A stretch of DNA of 63,196 nt, the filler included, from Sluysia triapertura (lineage: Eukaryota): NCBI GenBank assembly GCA_046118255.1. It is 5 parts of 5 records of this genome, joined end to end, with 100 filler letters (N's around TTAATTAATTAA, not from the genome) between each part and the next. Parts side by side here need not be neighbours in the genome. Positions count along the whole stretch, not along the records: positions 22,986 to 34,020 come from JBJNIA010189819.1; positions 34,121 to 49,598 come from JBJNIA010227126.1; 3 more parts are not named here. One strand, given 5' to 3'. Positions within the stretch are counted from its first letter, which is position 1. Each line of letters starts with the position of its first letter. Shown one piece after another: positions 28,453-40,950 of this stretch. Made by a program: the position numbers and the translations under genes. The notes under the pieces were generated by a model. It was not told where the DNA came from. It saw only the letters and a list, made by a program, of their open reading frames with translations, and ran no database searches.

Positions 28453-28505
28453 ACTAAAAATGGGCTTTGTATCACTAAAAATGGGCTTTGTATCACTAAA
28501 AATGG
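28453..28505. repeat. 21-bp tandem repeat (ACTAAAAATGGGCTTTGTATC) x2.5
   Basis: Directly visible; lies between the divergent ORFs at 28370(-) and 28755(+). Confidence 0.9.
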
Positions 28506-28754
28506 ATTACCTTTTTATGACTATGCTTATATTTATTCTTTGTATTTACATTTGATGTTATTTGTCAATTGAATTTAAAATGATCTATTGAATCTGCAGG
28601 ATCCTTCTATCTGAAATTATAAAAATATAAAATTTATAAAAAAAATTAATATTAATTAATTTCTGCAACAACAAAAATTAAAAAATCAATAGTTGTGATG
28701 TTTGAAAATGTATAATTCTATGTGTTATTATTGTAATAATTTCACTTGTATTTA

Positions 28755-29027
28755 ATGAAATTAATCTTACCGAAAATACCTGGACCAATATTTGCAAACA
28801 ATACCCAAACTGTAGATTACCGATATGTACGTGAACCATGTCACAAACCGCAAGTTTTTGAAATGAAAGATTACCACATAAGTAATAATAATTTAATAAA
28901 CATTCGAATAACGGATATAAGTGTATGTATTTTATTATTATGTATCGTTGTTTTATTTATTTTTCTTAATAATATGTTCGTTAAGTTGATTAATATTTTA
29001 TTGTTAAAATTTTTCAAAATGTTTTAA
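28755..29027 (+). CDS. Small single-pass membrane protein, orphan
   Basis: MKLILPKIPGPIFANNTQ...ISVCILLLCIVVLFIFL: polar N-terminal part with NxT, then one hydrophobic helix. Confidence 0.5.
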   Translation: MKLILPKIPGPIFANNTQTVDYRYVREPCHKPQVFEMKDYHISNNNLINIRITDISVCILLLCIVVLFIFLNNMFVKLINILLLKFFKMF

Positions 29028-29044
29028 AAATTGTTAAAAAAATT

Positions 29045-30040
29045 AAAATGTATTGTTTTTTCTTAAATCATGAAATTAAAATAACGCCCTCACTAAAATC
29101 ATCTTCTGGTAAACCACAAAAGTTTGTCACCCGATAAAATATAGAATAGTCGTGTCGATAACTTATTCCACCAGTTAATTGTCTTAAATCGACAAGGAAA
29201 CAACGAAATGCCTATACTAAAGCTCTATCATAAAAAACGTCATATAATACTCGAATGATATTTTCATAATTCTTTGTCTTTGAATTAGGTTGCACAGTTT
29301 CACCAGATGGTCGAAATGATGTTGAAGTAGAAGTATCAATAGAAATACCAGTGGTAGAAGAAATAATAGAAATAGTAGTAAAGTAATAGTGGTGGTAGTA
29401 GCACCTTCATCTTCACCACTCTCGGATTTTGAAATTGTATCGTCCTTAGGAGTTTAGTATTGTTACCATAGGCAGTATCAGAGTCAGATTCTACTTTTTC
29501 GCAACAAGTGCTAGATTTTATACAATTATAATTGCATTCGGTATCGTTATGGGAACTGCAATATTATGCAGAATAAGAATAATTCGAGTTTATATCATTA
29601 GGTACATAGGAATTTATAGAAATTGTATTTGGTTTATCACAATTAACAAATGTATCATTTAAATTTAGATCTAGTTTTATGTAACGTTTACTATTGGTCT
29701 ATTTTTTAATTTTATTAAACAATGATTTTAAACCGTGCTTGCATTGAGAATTTGTTATCAAAAATTGTTTTAAATCATCATCTCTATCATAATTAAACCT
29801 TATTGTTATAATAATTAACTATTATTGTAATGTTGAATAAAATGTTTGATTTTTTCTATATCTTTTTAATTTCTCAGTTGGAATTTCATAGCTTTTTCCA
29901 AATTTATTTTTTGGTTTTTAATCGATAGTTTATAATCCTGTAAAATAAATGTTAAAAGTTCGTAAATGTTTCAGAATCGTATCCAAATGTCATGTAATCA
30001 TTATGACTAAAAGTAAATCAATAAGTTCGTATAACATAAT
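29045..30040 (-). pseudogene. Degenerate intronless orphan ORF with Cys-rich and Ser/Thr-rich linker
   Basis: Manual translation: ...YCSSHNDTECNYNCIKSSTCCEKVESDSD...STSTSFRPSGETVQPNSKTKNYENIIRVLYDVFYDRALV*AFRCFLVDLRQLTGGISYRHDYSIFYRVTNFCGLPEDDF. Confidence 0.55.
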
Positions 30041-30419
30041 AGTTCTTTTACTTGAATTAAATTGGTTATTTAATTATTAATATTGTACATGAATTTCTGA
30101 TACTATTTAAAGTATTATGATTTATATATATTTAATATTTTTAATATATTTTTTCAAAAAATTACAGTTCTTTTTGTTTCAGAAATATTATAATGAATGA
30201 TTTATTTTAAACGATTTTGAGCATAATAGTGAAACATATATAAGTAGAAGTAGCAGAAATAATAATAATATAATAGTAATAAAATGCGACGAACAATAAA
30301 AATATATGTATAGAGATAAATATGCATACAAAAAAGAGCAAACCAAGCATTTCAACAACGATAATATATAAGAGATTAGTAATAATGTAATAATAAAACG
30401 GATTTAGGCAATTATGAAC

Positions 30420-32190
30420 TTATTATGTTTATGTGGCTTGATGTGTTGTAGTTTGTTTAATAGCTTTTCATTTGTGTTGATTGCTATGAGTTGATTTGAA
30501 GTTCACTGTAGTATAATTTAAATTTGTTTTTCAGGGTGTGAATACATAAAACGTTGTCAATGCGTAACTGAGCATCACAAAAAAAACTTCTTTATTATTT
30601 CATTAGATGTATTTAATATTGTTTTCATAACCTTCATCATGTTTGATAATAAACTTTTCCAGTATTAATTTTTTAGTTATACGAGTTAGTACTTGTGAAT
30701 CTAGAATTCATTTTTGACTTGCAACTGAGATTGATTTCGGTCTCTGCCTGATTGTAAGAAGTAAACTTCCATCCCGAGTTTAATTCTCATGCAGCTTAAA
30801 TTTACTTATAATTAATGTTATACTTACTTAATTACTCACCGATACAGGCGCCAAATCATTAACTTTATATCAATGGATTAAGATCATAAAATTCGTTAAC
30901 AATAAAATGATTAACAATAAAACCTATAAGAAACTCATAGGTTTTCGGATCGCTCAGTAGAACTACAGCAAGCTTTGATATTGAGTTTGAAATCTTGAAT
31001 GCTTCTGGATCTCTGGCGAAAATATATTTTTCTCTAGAACAGACTCTAACTAAATTATTTATTCCAATCATATCCTTAAAAAGTTAGGGGTTATTAAACC
31101 CTGACACCATTTATTTGGTAATTTAATTTTGAGGTTATTAAAAAGTCTTTTGAATTTATGTAATATTGAAATATTATAACTATTATTTAGAAAAACTTTA
31201 TTACATTTTTAATTTTTATTATGTATATAAGATTTTTAATCATTAAAAGATTAATACGAAACGTAGGATATTTATTTGCTATTACAAAAATTATTTCAAT
31301 AAAAGGACATTTAATAATATGTAAGTTATGTATTAATAATTGATGGTCCATGTTTACATATGTAGTCTTCCACAATCCAAAAAAATAAGTAAAAGTAAAA
31401 TTATGAAGGTCTAATAAAATAGAATAATTTACCTTGAAATTTAAGTTTTCATTTTTCATAAAATGTTTTAATTTGTTTATTGATATACACCATTTGAAAT
31501 GCTAAAAAAATGTTATCAAATATTGAAGAATTTGTTAGTATTGGCTTTGATCTTGAAATAGTTAACAGGTTTGCACTGCGTTCAGAATTGTAGTTGAACA
31601 TCCGACCGTCATTGAAGTTAGGTTCTGCATCTGTCAGACCATGAAAATAAATACAGCGTGGGCCATAGGTAAGACATTCACCGGAATCTGAGAGACCAAA
31701 AAAGACAGTGGCCCATTTTATAATGACATAGGTTAACGTGTGGTTCTGTATCTGAGTCAATTGGAATATCATTGTACGATCTGTCACTTAGAGGTTTGGA
31801 AACATAAAATACTTGAAAAGGTAAATCATTTTCGTAACATGTCACGATACAGAATAATTCGATCTGTCTATTATGATCCTCTTTAGAGATTATGAACTTT
31901 TTAATATAACTTTTTGATTCATCATAGTTTGAAACGGTTACCTTTTTACATGACGCAGTATCTTCTACAATTTCTTCTAAGCTCATAGGTACAAGTAGGT
32001 AACTAAAATAATCATTATAATCGTTTTTAAATGAATTTTCATGAGGTACAACTATTGTGTACTTGTTTTCGATGGAATAACGTAAAAGAGTTTTCTGATT
32101 TATTCGAAATGTTTGAAAAAAATGTTTTCTAATATATTGACATAGTACGAGTTCGTCATTGATAACTTTAAATGAATTTGATAAAAAGTA
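30420..32190 (-). pseudogene. Frameshifted ~550-codon intronless orphan ORF (joins track ORFs 31678-31986, 31449-31787, 31187-31459, 30865-31071)
   Basis: Consecutive overlapping ORFs on one strand. The frame is open upstream of MSLEE (INDELVLCQYIRKHFFQTFRINQKTLLRYSIENKYTIVVPHENSFKND). Probable distant paralog of 50383-51501. Confidence 0.65.
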
Positions 32191-32779
32191 TAAACTGTAA
32201 AATTTTTAAAAATGCTTTTATAAATTGTTGAGCAGAATTAGCGACTCAAAATAATAATTCTTTTTGAGACTACAATAATACGATTACCTGTGCTTGTTCA
32301 AATGATTGTGTTTTAAATTCTAAAATAATTGCGACAAAAATTTGGTGTATGCTGATTGGTTGGCCAATAATGAGTATGATTATAAAATTTTTATTATTGG
32401 AAAACTGTCATTCGTTGACAGCAATATGAAAATCATTTAATGGTAAACGGAAATTTTTTAAATTAATAAAAATAATTAATATTTGAGAAAATAATAATAA
32501 TATTGAATAATGAAAATAATAATAAATTGAAATAAAATCATAATAATAATTTTAATAATAATAGGAAAAAATAAAATAAAATTAATAATAAAAATGAAAA
32601 TAAAAAATGCATAAAAATTTTTACATAAATTCTTTGCTTTTTATTTATCTTTCTTTAAATTAAAATTCTTTTCCTTTTCTTTGAATATAAAATTAAAATG
32701 TAAAAAGAATTTATGAAGTAATGTCAAGAGAGTGTAATAACCTAGTTAAAGGTGTTAATGGAAATTCTATTTAGTTTAT

Positions 32780-34020
32780 TATCTTCATATTTAAATTTAA
32801 ATTACAATTTAAATTATTTTTACTGGAAAGAAATGCTGAAGTGTAACAAAATGTAATTTTTAATGTGATGTAAAAGTTTGATTTTTGATGTATTGAAATG
32901 AATCTAAAATTTTGTGTGACGAAGTTGGCCACCACAAGATGATTTACAATTAGCTTCAAATACAACATTAAGATAATATCTAACTAATTCATTTATTCTA
33001 ATAACATCTTTAAGCTGAATTATTTCATCTAATGATTTTCATTTACTTTGAAATATATATATCCAACGAAATCGTTCATTCTAATATCTTCAAGCTGAGG
33101 TATTTCATATGTGTTTTAAATATAATAACAGGAAGGTATCAAACTAAACCGTCTATGGTAAATTTTTCATTTATTTTGTGCCAAATTTTATTTTTTATTT
33201 TAATTTCTCTATCTGCCAATAAATTATATTTTTAATTTGTACCAACTTTTGTAATAAAATGTCTACTCCCATGAATTGTGAATTGGCATTGATGTAGCCC
33301 ATTCGCATTTCATTGGTTGTTTGGCAGCTTTTAATTTAAGTATTGCGCAATGATAATTGCGTAATAATTTAAGTAACGATATTATTATGATTAAAATATA
33401 AAATGCAAATAATAATTTTACAGATATCTTGGAAACCGTTGCCTATTAAAATGTGCGAAATTTAAAAACTATGTAAATGCGCAAAATGAAAATAATAATT
33501 ATATTTATTAAGTTCGTATATTTAGCTGAATTAGTTTCCGTGTTTCTTTCTAGTAATAGTTCTTTTTCTGATGTATTTGAGTACTTGGATAAATTCAGGT
33601 TGTAACTTTTTAATGATTTAAAGTTTAGACAAGTATTGAAGAAAGCTGTTGAAATGTGAAATGAGGATAATCTATAGGATAAAATTCTTTAATACGTAGG
33701 TTGTAAATGAATGGTTTGGGAACAAAATAGTTTAATGAAAAGTGTTGTTAGTTAATTGATTGTAAAGTTGTAAGATACATGATGTATAAATGACTATTTG
33801 ATGACCTAAAAATGCGTGATTGAATTGCAGGATGAATTTGTTTCTCGATTGAGTCCTATTGCATTTGAATTTGAGGTATCGTATTTGTTTCTGTTTTCGA
33901 ATTTGGTTAATGCATTAAATAATTTAATGTATGACTTTTATTTTGTGAAATTGTATTATTTGATCATTCGTTCATAATCCAATTAAGAGTTGTTTTTTAA
34001 CGGTTTATTTGTATTATAAA
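32780..34020 (-). pseudogene. Two further degenerate intronless ORFs (about 32780-33300 and 33510-34020)
   Basis: YEIPQLEDIRMNDFVGYIYFKV...ELVRYYLNVVFEANCKSSCGGQLRH; and YERMIK*YNFTK*KSYIKLFNALTKFENRNKYD... with only TAA/TAG stops. Confidence 0.4.
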
Positions 34021-34120
34021 NNNNNNNNNNNNNNNNNNNNNNNNNNNNNNNNNNNNNNNNNNNNTTAATTAATTAANNNNNNNNNNNNNNNNNNNNNNNN
34101 NNNNNNNNNNNNNNNNNNNN
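34021..34120. other. Artificial contig linker
   Basis: Same spacer. Confidence 0.98.
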
Positions 34121-34313
34121 TATAAATCAATTTAGTTCTTTAATAAATGTATTTTACAGGTCTTACAAACTCCTTCGTTGTTATAATGTAACTATAAGTC
34201 TTAAATTATATGACAAGATAAGACGAAATTTCGTCAATCGTAATAATAAAATAAATCACAAAGTTCCTAAGTTAAGCAACCAACAAAAGTTTAACAAAAT
34301 CCTTTGTCCAGTC

Positions 34314-34802
34314 ATGTATAATATTCATACAGTTAATCCACACGATTACGAAATCGAGGTCGAAAATTTGAATGATGAAATGACCGTTGATATTAGAGTT
34401 ACAATTAAGCCAGATGAAGTAGGATTCTTTAAGATACTAAAATTCATTAAATGGTTACATCACAACATTATGATACGCAAACACTTCTACATTGATCACT
34501 CTATAAGTAATTACCACATTCAGAAGTGCAAACTTTGTCGCCCTTGTTTTTTTTCAATCCAATTCAAACTTACAAAACCTTCTATAACGTCAAAGTATAT
34601 TAATTTCACAATAAAATTACCACAAGCCTCCATAAAGTCGACCTTGACTTGCGAAATATTAAAATATGTCGTAACAAAGGAGTCATTTTGCTCAAATTAC
34701 CGATTGATCCACATTATTTTATTTTACTTTTTTGAAGCCCTTAACATTAGTATATATATTTTATATAAGCTTACATTTCTGTTTGATATTTCTAAGATTT
34801 GA
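34314..34802 (+). CDS. Intronless orphan ORF with a His/Cys cluster (HIQKCKLCRPC)
   Basis: 162-aa ORF, with the frame also open ~35 codons upstream; probably continues by frameshift into 34732-35061. Confidence 0.5.
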   Translation: MYNIHTVNPHDYEIEVENLNDEMTVDIRVTIKPDEVGFFKILKFIKWLHHNIMIRKHFYIDHSISNYHIQKCKLCRPCFFSIQFKLTKPSITSKYINFTIKLPQASIKSTLTCEILKYVVTKESFCSNYRLIHIILFYFFEALNISIYILYKLTFLFDISKI

Positions 34803-35039
34803 ACGTGTATCGACTTGTTTCCATCTAAATAGTGTCAATGTAGTGCAAAAGATGTTGTTACTCTCAAACTTCCAAAATAACTTAAATAACTCTAATTATA
34901 AAACAATACATTATCAATATTATCGTCTAAAAACATCTCTTACAAAAACATTCTATCCCATAACCCTAAAACATCATCAAAATCGACGTCTTGACTTATC
35001 TATTAAAAAACCATTTTACCACATAACCCTAAAATTATA

Positions 35040-35620
35040 CGTTGTAAGACGTTTAGTGTAAGTGGACCCTGCTCCATTTTTATTTTGCCGTTGGTTTAGT
35101 TTTAAGAAAACCACAGCATAATTAATCTTCAATGATACAAGGAATGCGAAAAGAGTAGATTAATTGTATAAGGTTTTGTAATTTCTAACATTAACTTGTA
35201 GAAAAAATAACATACTAAAATTTTATTAACTTTCCTGGACCGTAAAAAGGCTAGACTAAGTCCCTTAAGTACTTGGTAAACTATTTATTGATATTATATT
35301 TTTTGTGTTGGATTGATGAAGTTTTTTTGTATTGTTTAGAGGAAAAATGTAGTGAATAATTGTTATGTTTATTTCATTCTTAAGCGTTAATTTCTTAATT
35401 TTTTTGACGTATTTGTCAGACCGTAATAGGATGACTTAAAGTTAGTAATCAGACGCGATTAAGCTCTCACAAACGACGATTTGTTAATAATTCATAAGTT
35501 TCGTAATTACTTCTGAACTTTGGCATGTTATTAAATCTTTCACAAAAAATCCTATTGGAACGCATTCTTTGCAGATTTAAATCGTGTCTATTAGGCGAAC
35601 TAACCTTCAGAATTATTTTG
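35040..35620 (-). repeat. Inverted, diverged copy of the long non-coding repeat family at 54833-56000 / 58640-59480
   Basis: AAACGACGATTT (~35471) is the reverse complement of AAATCGTCGTTT (~58821). TTCTAACATTAACTTGTA (~35183) matches the reverse complement of TACAACGTTAATGTTAGAA (~59111). Confidence 0.5.
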
Positions 35621-37419
35621 TTAGTGTAGGTTTACATCTTAGTATAAACACTTGCATTAATAAATACCACACTCATTCTTGCTTATTAAGTGTGATGTTT
35701 AAATTTTCATTTATTATTATTTAATCAAAATTTAAAATAGTTTTAGTTGTCACTATGCTTCTAAATTTTAATATCATATCACTTCTATCTATTCTACCTA
35801 AACTTAATTTAAAATGGTTTTTATCGAATGTAATGTTTTTAAATTCTGATTACATATTATCTCTATTTAATCCTAATTTAACATGATTTTATTTATTCAA
35901 TCAGTGGTGACAGTAGTGTTTAATGTTTAAGTTAAACACTTTCAACATGAAAATTGGAAAATAACTGTTGCTGCAATTATTATACCCATCGCAGGATCAG
36001 TAATGTTATTAATTAAACGATTTAGTATTTAAACAACACTCATATGTAAATGATAAAAAATTGAAAATGATATAGCACTGGACATATGTAATGATGAAAT
36101 ACCAATTGAATAACAAATAAAGTTAATTTTATTCAACTAATTATTTAAGATTTTATTTTCATCATTTATATTTATTCAACGTAATCAATAGTAATGGCAT
36201 AAATGATTACAAACATACATACGTATTATTCATAAATATCTTAAATTTGTGATAACGAATAAAAAATAAACATTTTAATAGTGGTAATAGTAATGAGTAT
36301 TATCCATAATAAATTTCGCAAAATTAAGAATATCTAAATTAACTTTTTATCACACACAATTTTAGAATATTAAATATTTTTGATATTTATAAACTTCTAA
36401 GTATGTTTAATATTCTATGTATTTCAAGAAATCTGTTTTTAATGAGTGATGCTAAATTCAATAGCATAAGACATACACAAAATCTTTGAAAACAGATTTT
36501 AAAAAATGTGTTAGAACTAAAATTTTACAAATTTACAAAATTTGATAGGCGAAACAAACGAAATAATGAACCTGATAAAAGAAAATGATAAAAAAATAAA
36601 AAGCATCAATTCTTTAAATTTCTCAATATTGAAATTTGTTTTAACGAAACAGCAATAAATTAAATTATTCAATGTCTATAAAAATAAGAATTGGAAACAG
36701 TTATAAATTTTTCATGGACAAAAATATAAATATAAAAATAACAATATTGGTATTTTGTACAAGAAGCATTATAATATAAGATGTTTCATTACCAAAATAA
36801 GAATAAATATTAATTATGGTTGAGTTGAGCACATAATCGATTAATGTTATTACTAATTTTCCGCGATATTTAAATTATTATACTCTTTCTCACAACCTAT
36901 TACCATCGCATCCGATGATTTTTAATTGTATCATTAAAATTAAGGTTAGGGAAATCTTCAGATTTTGATTTTCGAAATGAATCACATTTTTTATGCAAAA
37001 CGAAATCTTCATCAATATGATTTTTCGATTTCATTTCTCGTAAAATAGATTCTGAAAATAGTTCTTCATTAAAAGATTCATTAATGTCATTTTTTGTCTA
37101 TGTTGTCGCTAAACATTTGATTTGTTTTATTTGTCAATTTGCTCGTTCTTTATCAAATTGGTCTGAATGTTCATTCGGCTTATTTTCTAAGGACAGATGT
37201 TCCATCAATAAAATTAACAAAACATTGACTTTTTACAAGAATATAGAGAAAATTCGACAATTTTGGGATGCGATTTATAAAGCCTTCTTTGTCAGATGTC
37301 ACTTTTTCATTCATTAATTTGAAAAAATCTCCATAATTACCAATAATAATAGTTGTAATAGTTCCATATACAGGAAAAGATTTCGAAACTAATTGAAAGA
37401 GTACTTATATTTTTAAAAG

Positions 37420-39010
37420 GTTGGAAGTCGCCCAATTAAAAATAAAGCCAACAACATGCGTCTGGACAGAAGAGCAAGTTGAATTCTAGGGGCATCGCAT
37501 CACGGGATGGTATTAAACCAAATCCAAGTAATCAAAGTTCCATAACCAGAGAACTCAAGTTTTTAGGTCTCGCGAACTACTACCGAAGACAGGTTAAAGA
37601 TGTTGCTAAAATAGCAGAACCACTACGAAAATTAACAAAAAAATGACGTAGAATTCGATTGGACTGACGAACAATCTAAGTCATTTATACATCTAAAAGA
37701 AAGGCTTACTGCTACACTTATATTAATTTTTCCAGATGTTAAGTGATGAAAGTAATTACGCCATTGAAGCAATCTTAGGTAAGAAAAATAGTAATTACTT
37801 AGGAGTTATGGCATATGCAAGCCGTAGATTTAACAATTCAGAAATGAATTATTATACGATAGAGAATTGTTTATGCATGTAAATTATTTAGACACTATAT
37901 ACTAGTACAAAAAGTTTATTTGTACACTAATCAAAAAACTTATTTGCATAATCACCAAGATGAAATAGACTAAATAAATGGTTTACAAAATTATCAGAAT
38001 TCGATTTACAAATTAGACTAACCAACATAGATGAAAAAGGAAATATAAACTTTATAAAATTTATGACAATTTCTGGAAAAGTCGAAGATCCCAATGAAAT
38101 TATTAAGTATCAAAAATAAAAGGAACATTAAACGAAAATAAAGTCAAACAACATGCATTTATTGACGATCTATTAAGATTTAAAAACGCCAAGATGAATG
38201 GAAAACTATTGTCCCTTTTTCAATTCCATGACGAACAACAATTAGGAAGAAATTTATCAACAAGAAAAACAGTGTCCAGAATTAAAAATAACTATTATTT
38301 AGAGAATATGGCAAAGGATTGTGCAGTTTGCTGCCGAAGAAAAAACAGGACAAAGAATAAAAGTACCTTTGAAACCTATGGATATTATGTAACCACAAAA
38401 TATAACAAAATATAAATATAAGTATTATATTAACAAAATATAAGTATTTAACAAAATGCTCTGATTGAGAACGTAGAAAAGCTAGAACAAATTCTTGTAG
38501 AAAAAATTATATACACCAAGAAAACTATTTACTAATCAAAATACCAATTTCATTAGAGAATTTATACGTCTCTAACCATCTTTAGTTAGTGGAGAAATTT
38601 AATCGAACATTTACAAGCCTCTTACAATCATATATTAACGACCGACAGAATGATTGGTACTTATGCATAGCACCATGCTTATTCGTCTACCACAGTTCAG
38701 TACATCCAGCAACAAATTTTACTCCATTTTATCTTACGTATGGATTTTATCTTATATGCTTGTTTATTTAGAATATTTACAATATTTTAAAATCACCGAA
38801 TATGCAACTATCTTTGGAAGTACTATCAAGAAGCTTACAAATACACATATGACAAAAAGCACATGAGCATAAATTTCGGATGGGAGATAAGTATTAGTTG
38901 ATTACCCATTGTAAAAACCAAAATTGCTCTTCAAAATTACATAAACCATTCAAATGCCCACATGAAGTTATGAAAATTACATCCACTAATTGCATTTGTG
39001 ATACATGATA
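37420..39010 (+). mobile_element. Ty3/Gypsy pol remnant: RT end, RNase H, integrase
   Basis: LKIKPTTC..VEF*GH, FLGLANYYRR, IAEPLRKLT, FDWTDEQSKSFIHLKERLT, MAYASRRFNNSEMNYYTIE, FHDE..RKTVSRIKNNYY..CAVC, EKFNRTFTSLLQSYINDRQNDW..HPATNFTPFYLTYG, KLHKPFKCPHEV (decayed GPY/F). Confidence 0.93.
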
Positions 39011-39099
39011 ACAGGTGTAAAATGACACCAAAGAATAATATATTTTACGAAATAGAAAGGTTGGAAATAAAATCTTGTAGGTTAAACCAAAAACCAAGT

Positions 39100-39642
39100 A
39101 CCGACAAAATCTCATCTGTACTATTCATTGAATTTTCAAAGTCATATATTTCAGAACATACATTTAAATGCAGATGGATAAAAGCTGTAATAGATACAGG
39201 AGATACTACATATGCAGTTCACAGAAGTTTTAAACGCATTGAAAGTGACACTGATAAATCAAATAATGCAGTTTAAGATATTAACATATGCCCATACTAG
39301 TGCAATATAATTTTAAGTGAATATACAGTAGTACCTATAAATGTATAGGACAACAGTCCATTTGAATTAATAATTAGCAACTTCGACGATAAAGTTATAC
39401 ATAGTAAATATAGATTTGTCAAATTACCACAAGGATCACATATGATGGTACCAGAAATTGTTGTTCCATGTGTTGAAGATGAATTAACATTGTTACAAAC
39501 GCCGATTCTAAATTCGGTCTTTCAGTTTCCGGAAGCAACAACTCATGTATCTATCTCTCTGATATCAACTCCAGAACTACCCAATATTCAAACTTTGAGT
39601 ACAACATTTGAACCTTCCACTGAATCCATAATCTCGCCGTAA
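39100..39642 (+). mobile_element. Retropepsin-like domain downstream of the integrase, then a Pro/Thr/Ser-rich tail
   Basis: LFIEF...RWIKAVIDTGDTTYAVHRSF; DTG at 39193-39201 in a typical hydrophobic-hydrophobic-D-T-G context. Confidence 0.55.
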
Positions 39643-39709
39643 TAAGCTCCAATTTATCTTAGTAATGTGATGTTTGAGTAAAGACAGAATGACTATACGA
39701 ATTCTCTGA

Positions 39710-40950
39710 ATGAAATTGTTTGTGACACTACTTATTATTGCATCATATTGGACGGTTATAACTGCTACAGAACCGACTGAGAAGGAAGAATTTCGAAATA
39801 TGAATATAGTTATTAACAGCGAAAGAAAACAAGAAATAATATTTACAATAGCGATTGGAAAATCTAATTCATTTCTAAAAACCTTATTTTAAGACACACG
39901 TTTGTGGTTTACTGTATTTACATGAATCCGACCTATGCTAATAGGCTTCACTACAGATAACACCGAAAATTCACGGGCTGTACAAAAATTTAAGACAAAA
40001 CGAAACAATGTGATGATGTAAAGTTAAACGATAAACCGACTTATGAGAAAGCAACAAAGACAGATTCATTAAGGAATATCTCAAACAGACCATGGATAAA
40101 GTTTTACTTTTCGATGTAGTATATGTGATGGGAACTTTATAAAAGGAACTTATTGCCATGGTACTACTAATGATGACTTTTTTAACTTATTATCATAAAC
40201 AGATATATAAATTTGAATATTTTGAGTTTTATAATTTGGATACAGAGCTGAAAGTTAAATTGTTTCATAAGGATATTCGAGTTAAATTTTAGTACTTCGA
40301 TTATTTCGGAATATCACATAAACAATCTAATAAAGCCATACGTTAAATGCTCCGCTTTTCATGCTAATGAGAAACGACATAATACAGCTAGAGCGATTAC
40401 ATTTTGCATATTAGGCACACAAATATCTTTACTTTATTTGAATCTAATTAAATAATATACGCTCAACCTTAGTAGTTTGCATGAGCCTTTCACATATTTC
40501 TGAAATGCATGCAATTCCTACAAATACTTATTTGAAAAACCTAATACCAAAAAATATTCAACATAAAATTACCTTAGAAGCTCATTTATGCTACTATACA
40601 TAGAAACGGTAATAAAATGATCAATATCACAATGCAATGTTGTACTCCAAATTGGTATCGTGACGAATTCCATATTTCAAAGCAAGATTTTATTGGATTG
40701 TATTTTTGAATATCAATTAGAGTTTAAATATAGTCCAAAGGTTGGCTCGAAAAATGTATTAGTGTAAAAACACAAAATTAGAATGAATCCTTTCGTCTTC
40801 CAAGAACTCTCAATGATGATCGAAGTGCCCCTGACAATCTACCGTTGGAAGATAATACCATTATTATCACTTTTGAATTTCATTATGGATTAATATCTCC
40901 TAAGCGCGACATTAAATTATTTCATCTACCGAGTATTAGAATGTTGATTA
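39710..40950 (+). pseudogene. Degenerate extra ORF with signal peptide downstream of Gypsy pol (env-like position)
   Basis: MKLFVTLLIIASYWTVITA|TEPTE signal peptide, basic FKTKR motif ~85 aa in, Cys-containing decayed continuation. Confidence 0.45.

Noticed and set aside
27400-34020. Alternative genetic code (TAA/TAG=Gln) explaining in-frame stops
   Set aside because: The 372-aa ORF of the same style has many Gln codons and no in-frame TAR, host genes end in TAA, and frameshifts also occur; decay is the simpler explanation.
34940-35035. TAACCCTAA / TTAGGG motifs as telomeric integration repeats
   Set aside because: Only isolated single units (two within a ~63-bp-period imperfect repeat); no tandem array.
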